DNA of 64,000 bases, from assembly GCA_964463165.1 (NCBI GenBank), contig CAYXBK010000016.1, positions 13,402 through 77,401 of the forward strand. Reading direction: 5' to 3'. The stretch is from an uncultured Chitinophagales bacterium. GTDB lineage: Bacteria; Bacteroidota; Bacteroidia; Chitinophagales; BACL12. Both the position numbers and the translations under genes were made by a program. Shown here one piece after another: positions 26,162 through 35,082 of this stretch. The notes beneath the pieces are model-generated. The model did not search any database and had not been told where the DNA came from. It worked only from the letters and a program-made list of their open reading frames with translations. The number at the start of each line of letters is the position of its first letter. The first letter of the stretch is position 1.

Positions 26162-26548
26162 TCAAGGCTTAATCTCAATACTTATTTCAGCCACGACAGG
26201 TTGGGATACTTGATTTGTTGCTAAATACCTCTCATCCTGTTCTCTAACCCGTTTCGGTCCATGGTTTTCAAGGGCTTCGTAGAGGGTTTCCAGAAGGTAG
26301 CCTTTCAGGGTTGCCGTATGTGTGGTAAAAGTCAGGATGATAGTATTTTCTTCGGGCAGAAACTCTACCGATATTAGGTAAGCATAGCTCAAAAACAGCC
26401 GCTTGCCATCTTTTTGGATAAAGCAGATGTTTCGGACATGAGCAGTGGGGCTATGCATAGTGATGCTGCTATCATTATCGCTGTTAATGTCTTCCTTGTT
26501 TTTGCTGGCTTCATCGTATTTCAGCTTCAGCTTATTTTCATCGCTCAT
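26162..26548 (-). CDS. Hypothetical protein downstream of the relaxase
   Basis: 128-aa ORF whose ATG overlaps the relaxase stop by 11 nt. Confidence 0.45.
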   Translation of the reverse strand: MSDENKLKLKYDEASKNKEDINSDNDSSITMHSPTAHVRNICFIQKDGKRLFLSYAYLISVEFLPEENTIILTFTTHTATLKGYLLETLYEALENHGPKRVREQDERYLATNQVSQPVVAEISIEIKP

Positions 26549-29282
26549 AATCGTCTTTGTTTATGGTTTGTTCTTTTTGTTTATTGGGTTTCCGGGTCTT
26601 GCCCTGCTCTTTTAACTGGCCTCTCTGACGCTGTTGCAAGGCTTTCTTGTGCAGGCTGTCCTTATATGTGAGTTCAAGGGCTGATTGCCGGTCGCCAAGC
26701 TCCGATGCATGTTCCAGCAGTTCTTTACGGGCATCTGTATAAATCCGGGCTTGATGTTTGCCCCTTGATACAGATACATAGAATTGCTTTGCATCCGTCG
26801 CCGGAAAGGTCGCAGCAGGCTGCATGATGAAAACACAGTCCACGGTTTTGCCCTGCGAGGCATAGGAAGTGATGCATTGAGCATGGTCAAAATGACCATA
26901 ATCCCGCCTGAGCTCAAACTTGGTTTTTCCGTCCTGGCTGCGAAGGATGAGGTTGCCTTTCTTGTTTGCCCTCACAACGTCCAGAATCTGGCCGTTGCAG
27001 AGCCGCTTGCCTTTCTCGTCAATGCCGTTATGTGTGATCCGCAACCTGTCACCCTTGGAAAGTCCGATTTCAGCTTTTTGAAAGACCTCATACCTTTTGC
27101 TTTGATCTGAGGGTAATAGAGTCATGTTGCCCTCGGTGTTTTTGATATGAACGCCATCCCTGCCGGTTTTTTCAACCAACCAGACGCTGCCCCGTTTGAT
27201 ACCCGCCGCATTCTGGCTGAACTGAATGATCTGACCTTCATGGAAGTTGCTGAAATCCTGTTTCTCCGCTTCGGTTAGGTTCAGGCTCTGGAGCTTTAGA
27301 ACAGTATTTTCCCGCTTGCCAATCAAACCCTTTTTTCTCAATGCCTGTCGGATATCGTGGGTGAGCGAGTCACCCTGCTTATGGGTGGGAGAGATGATTA
27401 GAACAGATTTACTCTCTTTCACGGCCTTGAGATAATCCTTCACGAGTATTTCATTCGGCTTAAGCGGATGAATCTCCTTGATAAATTCCAGATCATCCAG
27501 CTTTTCAAAGGCTGATTTTACATCGCCTTTGGAGAGGTCATAGACGGCTGATTTATATTGCTCGTTCAACTGTCGGTAGATTTTATTGACCTCTGCGGTT
27601 TTGATTCCGCCGATGGTATTAAGTATTCGCAAGGCATCACCCCGAACAACGCTCGCATGTTGTCGTGTATCCCCGCCCAGAATTAATTGGGCGTTTTTGT
27701 CCTTTGCGAGCTGAAGCAGTGCCACCATGTCTTTTGTCCCGAGCAGCCCCGCCTCATCGACCCACAAGACCTGGTTCTTTAAACTTTGTTGCATATCCTT
27801 ATCAATCAGCAGCCGGGCAACCGTATCTGCCTTGTCAAACCCTTCGGATTTCAGGACACCGCGGGAAGCATCCGACGAGGGTGCAACTGTAATGACCTCT
27901 TTGCCAGCTTCATTAAAAAGCCTGACCGCTTCTTTCATCAAAGTTGTCTTGCCGGCACCGGCAGCACCCCGGATAATGGAGACCCGGTTCGTGGATGTGA
28001 GCACGTGTTGGACAGCATCGGCCTGCTGGCCGAAAAGGTTTGTTTCCGGCGCATCTTTGTAAACTGGAATCAGTTTGCCAATGCCTTCACGAGCAAGCGC
28101 AACCATGTGCTTTTCTTCGGCAAGCACTTCCTTGGTTGTGCAAAGCTTTCGGCCATTCTCCATCACATGAATAATGCGCTTATCTTTTTTAAACTGATCT
28201 GTGATCGCATCAACAGATACAGATTTATCACCAAGGCTGAAACGATAGGCCGATTGCAGGATGCGCCGATCCGACATAACAGATGCCCGCTCGAATGAAT
28301 GGAGCAAGGCATGGTCAACACATTGCTGCGCATCCCGTGAAGCGGATTCCTTCACGGGTGCAAAACGCACATCTTTTTCAAATGATCCGGATTTGTCTCC
28401 CTCGCCTTTTGTTTGGATCATTTCAATTTGCCTGCGCCATTCAGCTTTCAGTTCGGCCATGCTTAATCCTTTCTCTTTTTTCCCGCGTGTGCGTGCGCCG
28501 AGTTCATCCAGTTCTTTTTTATCTGTTATGCCGAGTTCCTTCGCAATGCGCCCGATCTCGTCGGTGCGTTTTGCAAAATGCTGTATCAGATGTTTCGGCA
28601 CGCCGGTAATCTCAAAAGCTGTTCTGGTTTTTTCAATGCCGTACCCCAATTCCATTAATTTATCGGCAAGCCGTTTATGAAACCGTGCCTGATAGTAAGG
28701 CATGTCGCGTTTTATATCCCGGAACTGCCCCGCCTTGTATTTTTTCTCAACTCCATCCCACGTCACGTTAAATACAAAACAATGGCAATGCAGATGCGGA
28801 TCGGGCGCATGACCTTCCACCGGGCGGGAGGTCTGGTGTACAAAATCAGCCCAGATCAGTTCGCCGGTTTCACGATCAGCATATATCCCTTTATTTCGTA
28901 CACGAGTTTTTGCATCCTGCTCAATGTCCTGCATGGTGGCTGCGACGCTCTCACTGAAAGCATCAAGCAGGTGGCTGTCGTTAGACAGCGCATGTAAAAT
29001 CGAAATCGATTTGGGGCAATGAAAATTAATATCATAACCAACCGTCCTTTCCTCTTTTGTGCGGGGTGTTAATTTTCCTCCCGTCACCGGATTTTTGTTT
29101 TCGCAGAGCGCGAAAAAAGTTTCTTTCGTTGCAAAGCCTGTTACCCCAAGTCGCTCCGCAATTTTTCCATGCCACCGCCCATTCAATTCCTGGTCGTTGA
29201 TGAAATAATCAGCTTTCAACAGGGCATCCGAAAAATAACTTTTCGCCTGCCCCTCGGAACTGCTTTGCACCATGCGGATCAT
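26538..29282 (-). CDS. MOBF-family (TrwC/TraI-like) relaxase fused to an AAA_30/UvrD-like helicase
   Basis: The N-terminus (AKSYFSDALLKADYF..NGRWHGKIAERLGV ... GYDINFHCPKSISIL) parallels the TrwC relaxase domain. Histidine triad HQTSR...DPHLHCHCFVFN. Walker A GAAGAGKTT and Walker B VLWVDEAG. C-terminal ITSYASQGKTVD. Confidence 0.9.
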   Translation of the reverse strand: MIRMVQSSSEGQAKSYFSDALLKADYFINDQELNGRWHGKIAERLGVTGFATKETFFALCENKNPVTGGKLTPRTKEERTVGYDINFHCPKSISILHALSNDSHLLDAFSESVAATMQDIEQDAKTRVRNKGIYADRETGELIWADFVHQTSRPVEGHAPDPHLHCHCFVFNVTWDGVEKKYKAGQFRDIKRDMPYYQARFHKRLADKLMELGYGIEKTRTAFEITGVPKHLIQHFAKRTDEIGRIAKELGITDKKELDELGARTRGKKEKGLSMAELKAEWRRQIEMIQTKGEGDKSGSFEKDVRFAPVKESASRDAQQCVDHALLHSFERASVMSDRRILQSAYRFSLGDKSVSVDAITDQFKKDKRIIHVMENGRKLCTTKEVLAEEKHMVALAREGIGKLIPVYKDAPETNLFGQQADAVQHVLTSTNRVSIIRGAAGAGKTTLMKEAVRLFNEAGKEVITVAPSSDASRGVLKSEGFDKADTVARLLIDKDMQQSLKNQVLWVDEAGLLGTKDMVALLQLAKDKNAQLILGGDTRQHASVVRGDALRILNTIGGIKTAEVNKIYRQLNEQYKSAVYDLSKGDVKSAFEKLDDLEFIKEIHPLKPNEILVKDYLKAVKESKSVLIISPTHKQGDSLTHDIRQALRKKGLIGKRENTVLKLQSLNLTEAEKQDFSNFHEGQIIQFSQNAAGIKRGSVWLVEKTGRDGVHIKNTEGNMTLLPSDQSKRYEVFQKAEIGLSKGDRLRITHNGIDEKGKRLCNGQILDVVRANKKGNLILRSQDGKTKFELRRDYGHFDHAQCITSYASQGKTVDCVFIMQPAATFPATDAKQFYVSVSRGKHQARIYTDARKELLEHASELGDRQSALELTYKDSLHKKALQQRQRGQLKEQGKTRKPNKQKEQTINKDDYER

Positions 29283-29659
29283 ATTTCCAGATTATAGCAT
29301 AGTTTTGAAAAATCGACTTCGTATTTGTGTTTAACGGATTGCGTATTTGTTTTTAATTCTTCCATTGCATGCATTCATCATCTGAATTTTTTTGCTTTTT
29401 GTTGACGAAAAAATTCACACGTACACGGCGGGCGATACGGTGGTCCATCCCACCGGATCGCTGCAGCCTTTTGGCCGCCGCAACGATCAAATTTTTGCAC
29501 CGCTAAAATTTGATCGTGCTAGCCCTGCGAGACGTCGGTCGTACCCCGACGGATCGCTGAAGCGCAGGGCGCCGTTTTTCCAAAAAGCACTGATAGCAAC
29601 ACGTATATCACCGTTAAACATCAACCCATCAGACATCTTCCCTATGCACAGCATAGGAG
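29283..29659. other. Candidate oriT / regulatory region upstream of the relaxase gene
   Basis: A GC-rich core (29420-29580) sits in an AT-rich context. Direct repeats CGTATTTGTGTTT (29320-29332) and GCGTATTTGTTTTT (29341-29354). A 13-bp inverted repeat ACGATCAAATTTT/AAAATTTGATCGT (29483-29517). Direct repeats C(C/G)ACGGATCGCTG near 29450 and 29548. Small hairpins CGTCGG/CCGACG and CTATGC/GCATAG. Confidence 0.35.
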
Positions 29660-30424
29660 TTATTTTGCGTCCACGATTTCGTCATCTGCTATCACTGCTG
29701 CGATCTTTTTTCGCAAACCTTCATTCGCCGGTTTGTCACCGTAAAATCGGTAGCCTCTTGTCTCTTCCGGACCGAGGTCTTGGACGAAGGATCTTTCCAA
29801 TTCTTCGTTGCTGATAATCTCATCAATTTTGTTCATGATGAAGTGATCCCCAAGACGATATTCTGCCTCATAGCTGTAGCCGTAAATGAAGCTGCAAATG
29901 ACAAGCAGAATTCCAAGCGGCTGACCGATGAGCCAGAGTAAAATTCCTGCCACAAAAAATGGCATTGGTTCGATGAGCGTTTCGGTTTTTCGCAGGTTTA
30001 CTTTACCGTTCGGTTGGGTTCCAAGCTTCTTAAAAAAAGGATGAAAATCTCCGGAATAAATGCTGAATTTTTTGAAGTCAAAAACGTTAGGCGCATGTTT
30101 AATTTCTTTGCCTCTTTCAATGCTGAAATACATGAACGCGAAAAGGTATAAATACCATGTTCCGTAGTTCAAAAAGAACCCGCCCCAGGAGAATGTTTGG
30201 TAGGCTGAATTGATAATCACGTACCATCCCGGGATTAGGAATAGAATAACAAATACCGTGATGGACGACGCAAGCGTAAAATGACGCACACCAAAATTTT
30301 TGCGGATAAATACTTCAATTAATAACCGCGGCCATGAGGCGCAGGCGGAAACCGCAGTATAAAAAAATATTGAAATTAAATTGTGTCTCATGAGGCTTTG
30401 TCGGAGGTAAATCGTTTTTTTCAT
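29660..30424 (-). CDS. Multi-pass membrane protein
   Basis: 254-aa ORF with ~5 hydrophobic helices, lying between the T4CP-like gene and the relaxase. Confidence 0.5.
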   Translation of the reverse strand: MKKTIYLRQSLMRHNLISIFFYTAVSACASWPRLLIEVFIRKNFGVRHFTLASSITVFVILFLIPGWYVIINSAYQTFSWGGFFLNYGTWYLYLFAFMYFSIERGKEIKHAPNVFDFKKFSIYSGDFHPFFKKLGTQPNGKVNLRKTETLIEPMPFFVAGILLWLIGQPLGILLVICSFIYGYSYEAEYRLGDHFIMNKIDEIISNEELERSFVQDLGPEETRGYRFYGDKPANEGLRKKIAAVIADDEIVDAK

Positions 30425-30439
30425 CTTTGGTAATTTGAG

Positions 30440-31930
30440 TTAAGGAATGAATTTTTGATCGAAACGTGTTTTCAGGTAGTTATTGGTTAATGATGTTTCG
30501 CCCTGAAAATGAACATAAGCTTCAACTTTAAAATCGTTTAATCCGCCGCCGGTTTTCAGTTGGGAAAATTCTTCAGGATGAACCTCTTTATCCGGCTTTA
30601 ATGACTTTGATTTTGAGGATGAAAATTGACCGGCAACTGTTGTTGAACTTCCAATGTCAAGCCGGAAATCATCCCCAATTAATTCAGAAGCATAATTGTT
30701 TGTTTCAAGATCGGCATTGGCGTGAAATATCTTTGTCGCCAGGGTGCCGAGAAAACTTTTCACATGATGATCGCCTTTCCTCCCGCCCATATTGGCGTAA
30801 TAGTTCGGTAGGTTCTGGGTGATATAAACCGTCGCCAAACGGCTGCCGCGAGCTGTTGCCTGATATTCGGCATCGTGCTCATGCAGGAAATGCTGGGCTT
30901 CATCCGCCCACAAAAAGATAGGTTTTGTACCGGGTTCAATTTTTCGTTTTTCCATCGCCCGTTGCCAGATGTATTTAAACATGATCTGGCTATCACGGCC
31001 GATTTTATGATGGAGTTTTATTGGCAAATTGATCAGGATGATTTTACCATTCAGGCATTTTTCCGGTGAAAATGTTGATGTCCGGCTGCAGAATAAATCG
31101 TATACAGGATTGCGCAGCAAGCGGAATAAAAAACCGGAAAATGAAAATTCAATAATTGATCTTGTTCTTTCGGCAAGGTTTTGAAAATTGCCATTAAAAA
31201 ATTCATCCACAAACTTGAATATACGCCCGTCATGAACCTCTTTTAAAAATGCCTGCTCGTGGAGTCCGTCTTCCTTTAATTTTTCTAAATACTCGGGTTT
31301 TTGTTTAAATGACCATTCATCAAACTGCTGATTGACATTTTTCGCGGCAAGTTCAAAGGCTTCCCGAAACGCGGTTTTCTTTTGTTCATTATCTTGAACC
31401 ACCCCTGCCTTCGGCAGGGTCTGCACGATATCGTACATCTGCTGCACAGAGATTTTCTGATAGGCGAGCCTGCATAGATCAATCACGTTAAATATGAGCA
31501 TATCGAGCGCCTTTTCCCAAAAGGGATCATCGCCATGGCCGCCTTCTTTTGCTTCACTGGCATTCAGAACGGTTTTTAAAACTTCAACAATGTTTTCAGT
31601 AATAGCTTGTTTGTCTGGGCTTTTTTTGATCTCGTAGTCGAAGAAATTAAAGCAACGTTTTTTACCTGGCTCCACGATAATTAAATCTTTTCTGCGTGAG
31701 GTAATATCGCAGTATTTAATCCAGGTGTCTTTTTCGTCGGGTTTTACTGTCAGGACGAGGCCGCCGAAGCCTGCCTTTAGGTATTTCAAGGCGAGCATAC
31801 GCCCTGAACCTGTTGTTTTACCGGAGCCGATACCGCCGAAGATTTGAACACCTTCCACGGCATTGCGGACTGTCCAATTCATTTTACCAAATTGGATTAG
31901 CGGGGTATCGAGGTAATCGGGATCTGCCAT
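30440..31930 (-). CDS. Type IV coupling protein-like ATPase (TraG/TraD/VirD4 family, FtsK-HerA superfamily)
   Basis: Walker A GGIGSGKTTGSG, Walker B IFLWADEAQHF, and RGSRLATVYITQNL (T4CP-like arginine/Q motif). The ORF track starts at a GTG at 31960; the ATG at 31930 (MADPDYL) is preferred. No N-terminal TM helices. Confidence 0.7.
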   Translation of the reverse strand: MADPDYLDTPLIQFGKMNWTVRNAVEGVQIFGGIGSGKTTGSGRMLALKYLKAGFGGLVLTVKPDEKDTWIKYCDITSRRKDLIIVEPGKKRCFNFFDYEIKKSPDKQAITENIVEVLKTVLNASEAKEGGHGDDPFWEKALDMLIFNVIDLCRLAYQKISVQQMYDIVQTLPKAGVVQDNEQKKTAFREAFELAAKNVNQQFDEWSFKQKPEYLEKLKEDGLHEQAFLKEVHDGRIFKFVDEFFNGNFQNLAERTRSIIEFSFSGFLFRLLRNPVYDLFCSRTSTFSPEKCLNGKIILINLPIKLHHKIGRDSQIMFKYIWQRAMEKRKIEPGTKPIFLWADEAQHFLHEHDAEYQATARGSRLATVYITQNLPNYYANMGGRKGDHHVKSFLGTLATKIFHANADLETNNYASELIGDDFRLDIGSSTTVAGQFSSSKSKSLKPDKEVHPEEFSQLKTGGGLNDFKVEAYVHFQGETSLTNNYLKTRFDQKFIP

Positions 31931-31956
31931 GAAAAAGAAAAGATATTTTACCGTTT

Positions 31957-32763
31957 TCACTCAATCCCTAACTGAGCAAAAGCCAGGTCTTCAGCACTTT
32001 CTTCTGTCTTGATCGCTGATGAATTCTCCATCATTGTTCGTGCAGAGGTTGGAAAACGCAAAGTTTTAGGCTCAAAATCACCTGTGCCCCACCAGATGAA
32101 TCGGTTTTTAATTTTACAAAGCCCCATCATAATATATAATCCCTCTTTTCCCTCCACTTTGTAACCAATACTACTTTCCCTATGAAGATTTACTTTTATG
32201 CTCGCATCCGCAAGATTTATTTTTTCGATTTGTGGACTATCCGTTTCGAAAGAAATTTCCGAATTATTGCTTTTTGAAATTGCTAAAATGGTCAGGCCAC
32301 TTTGTACCAAATCTGTAACAACACAATATTCCTTTTTCCACTTACCATTTTTCAATAATGTTTTTAATATCTCTCCGATTTTTGCCTTGTTACTTATTCG
32401 GGTTGTAGTGCAATCTGCGGCATTGAAGAAAATTGAATCCTTGTTTGCAAATTTTACTTCTAAGGTAGCCTTAGCCACCGGAATGCCTCTTGCATTCAAG
32501 CTTCCCTTACTCAATAAATTAACTTCAACACCGCTTTCAGATTGAAATTCCTTGTGATCCTTCCATTGATCGGCTGTGATTTTAATAACATCGCCAGAAA
32601 ATTCAGGAAAATCGTCTTTTAACTTCCCTATATGGAGAAAAATGTTTCCATCCAGCAGTCCGTAGTCTCCTAATTCCACAGCGGCACCTGGCTCCCAATT
32701 GGCATAAAAAACCTCAAATTGTTTTTTGATTTCATCAGTGTAAAGATTGGCAAGATTGCTCAT
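31957..32763 (-). CDS. Hypothetical beta-rich protein
   Basis: 268-aa ORF immediately upstream of the T4CP-like gene. No motif recognised. Confidence 0.45.
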   Translation of the reverse strand: MSNLANLYTDEIKKQFEVFYANWEPGAAVELGDYGLLDGNIFLHIGKLKDDFPEFSGDVIKITADQWKDHKEFQSESGVEVNLLSKGSLNARGIPVAKATLEVKFANKDSIFFNAADCTTTRISNKAKIGEILKTLLKNGKWKKEYCVVTDLVQSGLTILAISKSNNSEISFETDSPQIEKINLADASIKVNLHRESSIGYKVEGKEGLYIMMGLCKIKNRFIWWGTGDFEPKTLRFPTSARTMMENSSAIKTEESAEDLAFAQLGIE

Positions 32764-32826
32764 ACAGTTAATTTTAATTTTGCCTACTCTTAGTCGGATT
32801 TTCGGCTTATCTCCGTTTAATATTTT

Positions 32827-33090
32827 TTAATGTTCTGGTTCCCTTTCCGTGTCTTTGTCCTTTGCCTTCTCTAATGCCGCTATCTTCTGGTCACGCTTCA
32901 TCCATGGAAGTTGTTCTTTCGATTGCTCCAGAATAAATTGCTTTTGTCCATCTCGGAATCCTTCAAGATTCGGGGTTTGGTTTGCAATCCTGGAAATCGC
33001 AATTGCCAGATCAGGTAAATAACCTGCAATCAAATAACCTTCATTAAAGCCTTTCTGATAAGCAGGGTCAGGAGTATGCGGGGTTCCCAT
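32827..33090 (-). CDS. Small hypothetical protein
   Basis: 87-aa ORF in the same operon-like block. Confidence 0.35.
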   Translation of the reverse strand: MGTPHTPDPAYQKGFNEGYLIAGYLPDLAIAISRIANQTPNLEGFRDGQKQFILEQSKEQLPWMKRDQKIAALEKAKDKDTEREPEH

Positions 33091-33104
33091 TTTTAATCAT
33101 CGAA

Positions 33105-33374
33105 TTAAAAAGTATCATGGGCATGTTGCTCCAAATATTCATCGATCGATGTGCGATCATAAAGGATGATTTTTTTCTGTGGTTGCGAATAACGGATTTT
33201 CCCTTCATCACGTAATTTTTGCAGCGTTGTTCTCGACTTTATATTTAACATTACCATCGCCTGCTCATCATTGATCCATTTTTCCTTGTCACCGCCCTGC
33301 GTCAACCGCAGCCGCTCGACAACTTCTTCAAGCAACGAATAAAATGCGGGCTCCTCAAGGCAGATGACTTCCAA
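33105..33374 (-). CDS. Helix-turn-helix (excisionase-family/HTH_17-like) DNA-binding protein
   Basis: WINDEQAMVMLNIKSRTTLQKLRDEGKIRYSQPQKKIILYDRTSIDEYL. Confidence 0.55.
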   Translation of the reverse strand: MEVICLEEPAFYSLLEEVVERLRLTQGGDKEKWINDEQAMVMLNIKSRTTLQKLRDEGKIRYSQPQKKIILYDRTSIDEYLEQHAHDTF

Positions 33375-33389
33375 GGAATATTGGATATT

Positions 33390-34883
33390 TTAATTTCCTA
33401 AATTGAAACTCACAGCAAAAAACCAACCCCAGTTTGGCGCTTTTATAGACAGGTCCTCATCCGAAAAATCATTCAAAGAGCTGAAGTCAATAACATTGGT
33501 ATATTTGGGTTTCAACTGATCTGTAAAGCCAAATGTTGCTCCACCGCTGACTAAAACCCTTCTTACAATATTATTTGTTGAGGATACGCCGATTGTTCCA
33601 CCCAGCATTAATCTTGATTCTTCCAAATCACCGAAATCGGGATTAACTCCGAAGGATATACCCGGTGTAAGAACCGATGGAATTTTAAATGTCAAATGCG
33701 TGAATGCAACAGGATTAAAATCAAACTTTCGATTTGTTATACTGCTGTCTATTCCGATAACATTATCCGCAGTATCTCTCAGCAAAAAGTAATCAGTGCC
33801 GTTAATACCTCCTCCAAATGTTGTTGCAAATCCAGCGCTAAAATCTATTCTTGTACCACCGTAAGATCTTATTTTAATTGGCTGAATTGCTTTATAAATC
33901 GTACCATTCTTTAGTTTCAATGTATCTCCGATCATAAGAAAGTCACCTGAAAGATTAGGCATTTTATCTCCTTGGATAACAAAACCAGATTCGGTCATGT
34001 TCATGAAATTCATCTGAATTCCAAGTACTTTTCGATTTATTTTATCAAGATTATCACCAGAATAAAGATCCTCGATTTTTTGCATTAACACAGACAATGA
34101 ATCCAAATATGCCACAAGATTGTCATCAGGATTTGTCGGTTTGAGTAATTCATTTATGCGTCTCAGAATTTCAATATCAAATCGAATATTTTGAAGCGAT
34201 TGTTTTAATGCTTCAAGGTGAGTTTCAAAAATTTGATTTATTTCATAGGAATTTTCAATTTTGGAGCCATAGAAATTTATAATATGCGAGTCGAATATAT
34301 CTCTTGAATAAATATCGGGGTTTTTCATCAATAATACCACAATAGAATCAAGCGATAAGAGGCGATTAATTTCAGCCCTTTCTTTATCAGCTAGACTAAG
34401 ATCAAATTGAATAAGTTTTAAGGTGCGATTTTTTTCTTCTGAGAGTTTGTCAATATCTGATTTTGGTATCGGAGCTAGCGACAGTACATTACGAAGCTTA
34501 TTTACGTTTTCGGATATTGTCTCCATTTCTCCATTAACATCGTCGGCATTAATATTATCAGCAGAAGTGGTAGTAGCATTTTGAGAACTTAAACTCATCG
34601 CATCGCTAAAAACATCTTTTCCATCATTGAAATCTGCATTCGTTATTTCAGCGGTCATTTTTGAGTCTAATGCATATGGATTTGCGTGAATTATACTGAA
34701 TGAAATACTGGTGCCTTCTTTACACCATTTCAAATTTGCAATTTCCTCCGAACACGTAATCTCGCCTGTGGCATTATCAAACGTAATCGTTGCATTCTGT
34801 TTCTGGGCTGACGCAATGTTGCAATACAACAACACTGAGAGCAGAGTCGACAAAAAATAATAGAGAGTTAATTTGGGTCTCAT
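33390..34883 (-). CDS. Secreted or outer-membrane protein: signal peptide, coiled middle, beta-rich C-terminus
   Basis: The N-terminal MRPKLTLYYFLSTLLSVLLYCNIASAQ is a signal peptide. The C-terminus ends in alternating aromatic residues (WGWFFAVSFNLGN), typical of beta-barrels. Confidence 0.5.
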   Translation of the reverse strand: MRPKLTLYYFLSTLLSVLLYCNIASAQKQNATITFDNATGEITCSEEIANLKWCKEGTSISFSIIHANPYALDSKMTAEITNADFNDGKDVFSDAMSLSSQNATTTSADNINADDVNGEMETISENVNKLRNVLSLAPIPKSDIDKLSEEKNRTLKLIQFDLSLADKERAEINRLLSLDSIVVLLMKNPDIYSRDIFDSHIINFYGSKIENSYEINQIFETHLEALKQSLQNIRFDIEILRRINELLKPTNPDDNLVAYLDSLSVLMQKIEDLYSGDNLDKINRKVLGIQMNFMNMTESGFVIQGDKMPNLSGDFLMIGDTLKLKNGTIYKAIQPIKIRSYGGTRIDFSAGFATTFGGGINGTDYFLLRDTADNVIGIDSSITNRKFDFNPVAFTHLTFKIPSVLTPGISFGVNPDFGDLEESRLMLGGTIGVSSTNNIVRRVLVSGGATFGFTDQLKPKYTNVIDFSSLNDFSDEDLSIKAPNWGWFFAVSFNLGN

Positions 34884-35082
34884 AATTTAAGTTTTGAGTT
34901 ATTAAATGAGTGAGAATAAATAATGTTCATTCTCTGTCAGACAAAATTCAACAACCAGCCCTAATGAAAATAGGGTGAAATATACATTTGGTGGGGGTGT
35001 TTTCACGGGGGGAAAGATGCGGGCTACAAACAATTGTATGAAGTCTAATTTTACAGCTTTGATAACCTATAAATTTTAAAAT

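Noticed and set aside
26612-29041. About ten 60-170-aa ORFs on the + strand and in alternative minus frames inside the relaxase gene
   Set aside because: They lie within or antisense to a 914-aa gene with clear relaxase and helicase motifs. They are typical open frames of a GC-richer segment, Arg/Pro/Ser-rich with no motifs.
29392-29814. 140-aa ORF on the + strand in the relaxase-upstream region
   Set aside because: It is a low-complexity Arg/Pro/Ser-rich translation of the GC-rich repeat region. It overlaps the 3' end of the 254-aa membrane-protein gene. The region is better explained as oriT or regulatory DNA.
31957-32763. The 268-aa beta-rich protein as a possible bacterial gasdermin-like pore former (N-terminal WEPGAAVELGDYGLLDG motif, ~45-aa C-terminal tail)
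   Set aside because: This is an impression only. No adjacent protease is present, the gene is embedded in the mobilisation operon, and I cannot verify the fold without structure prediction.
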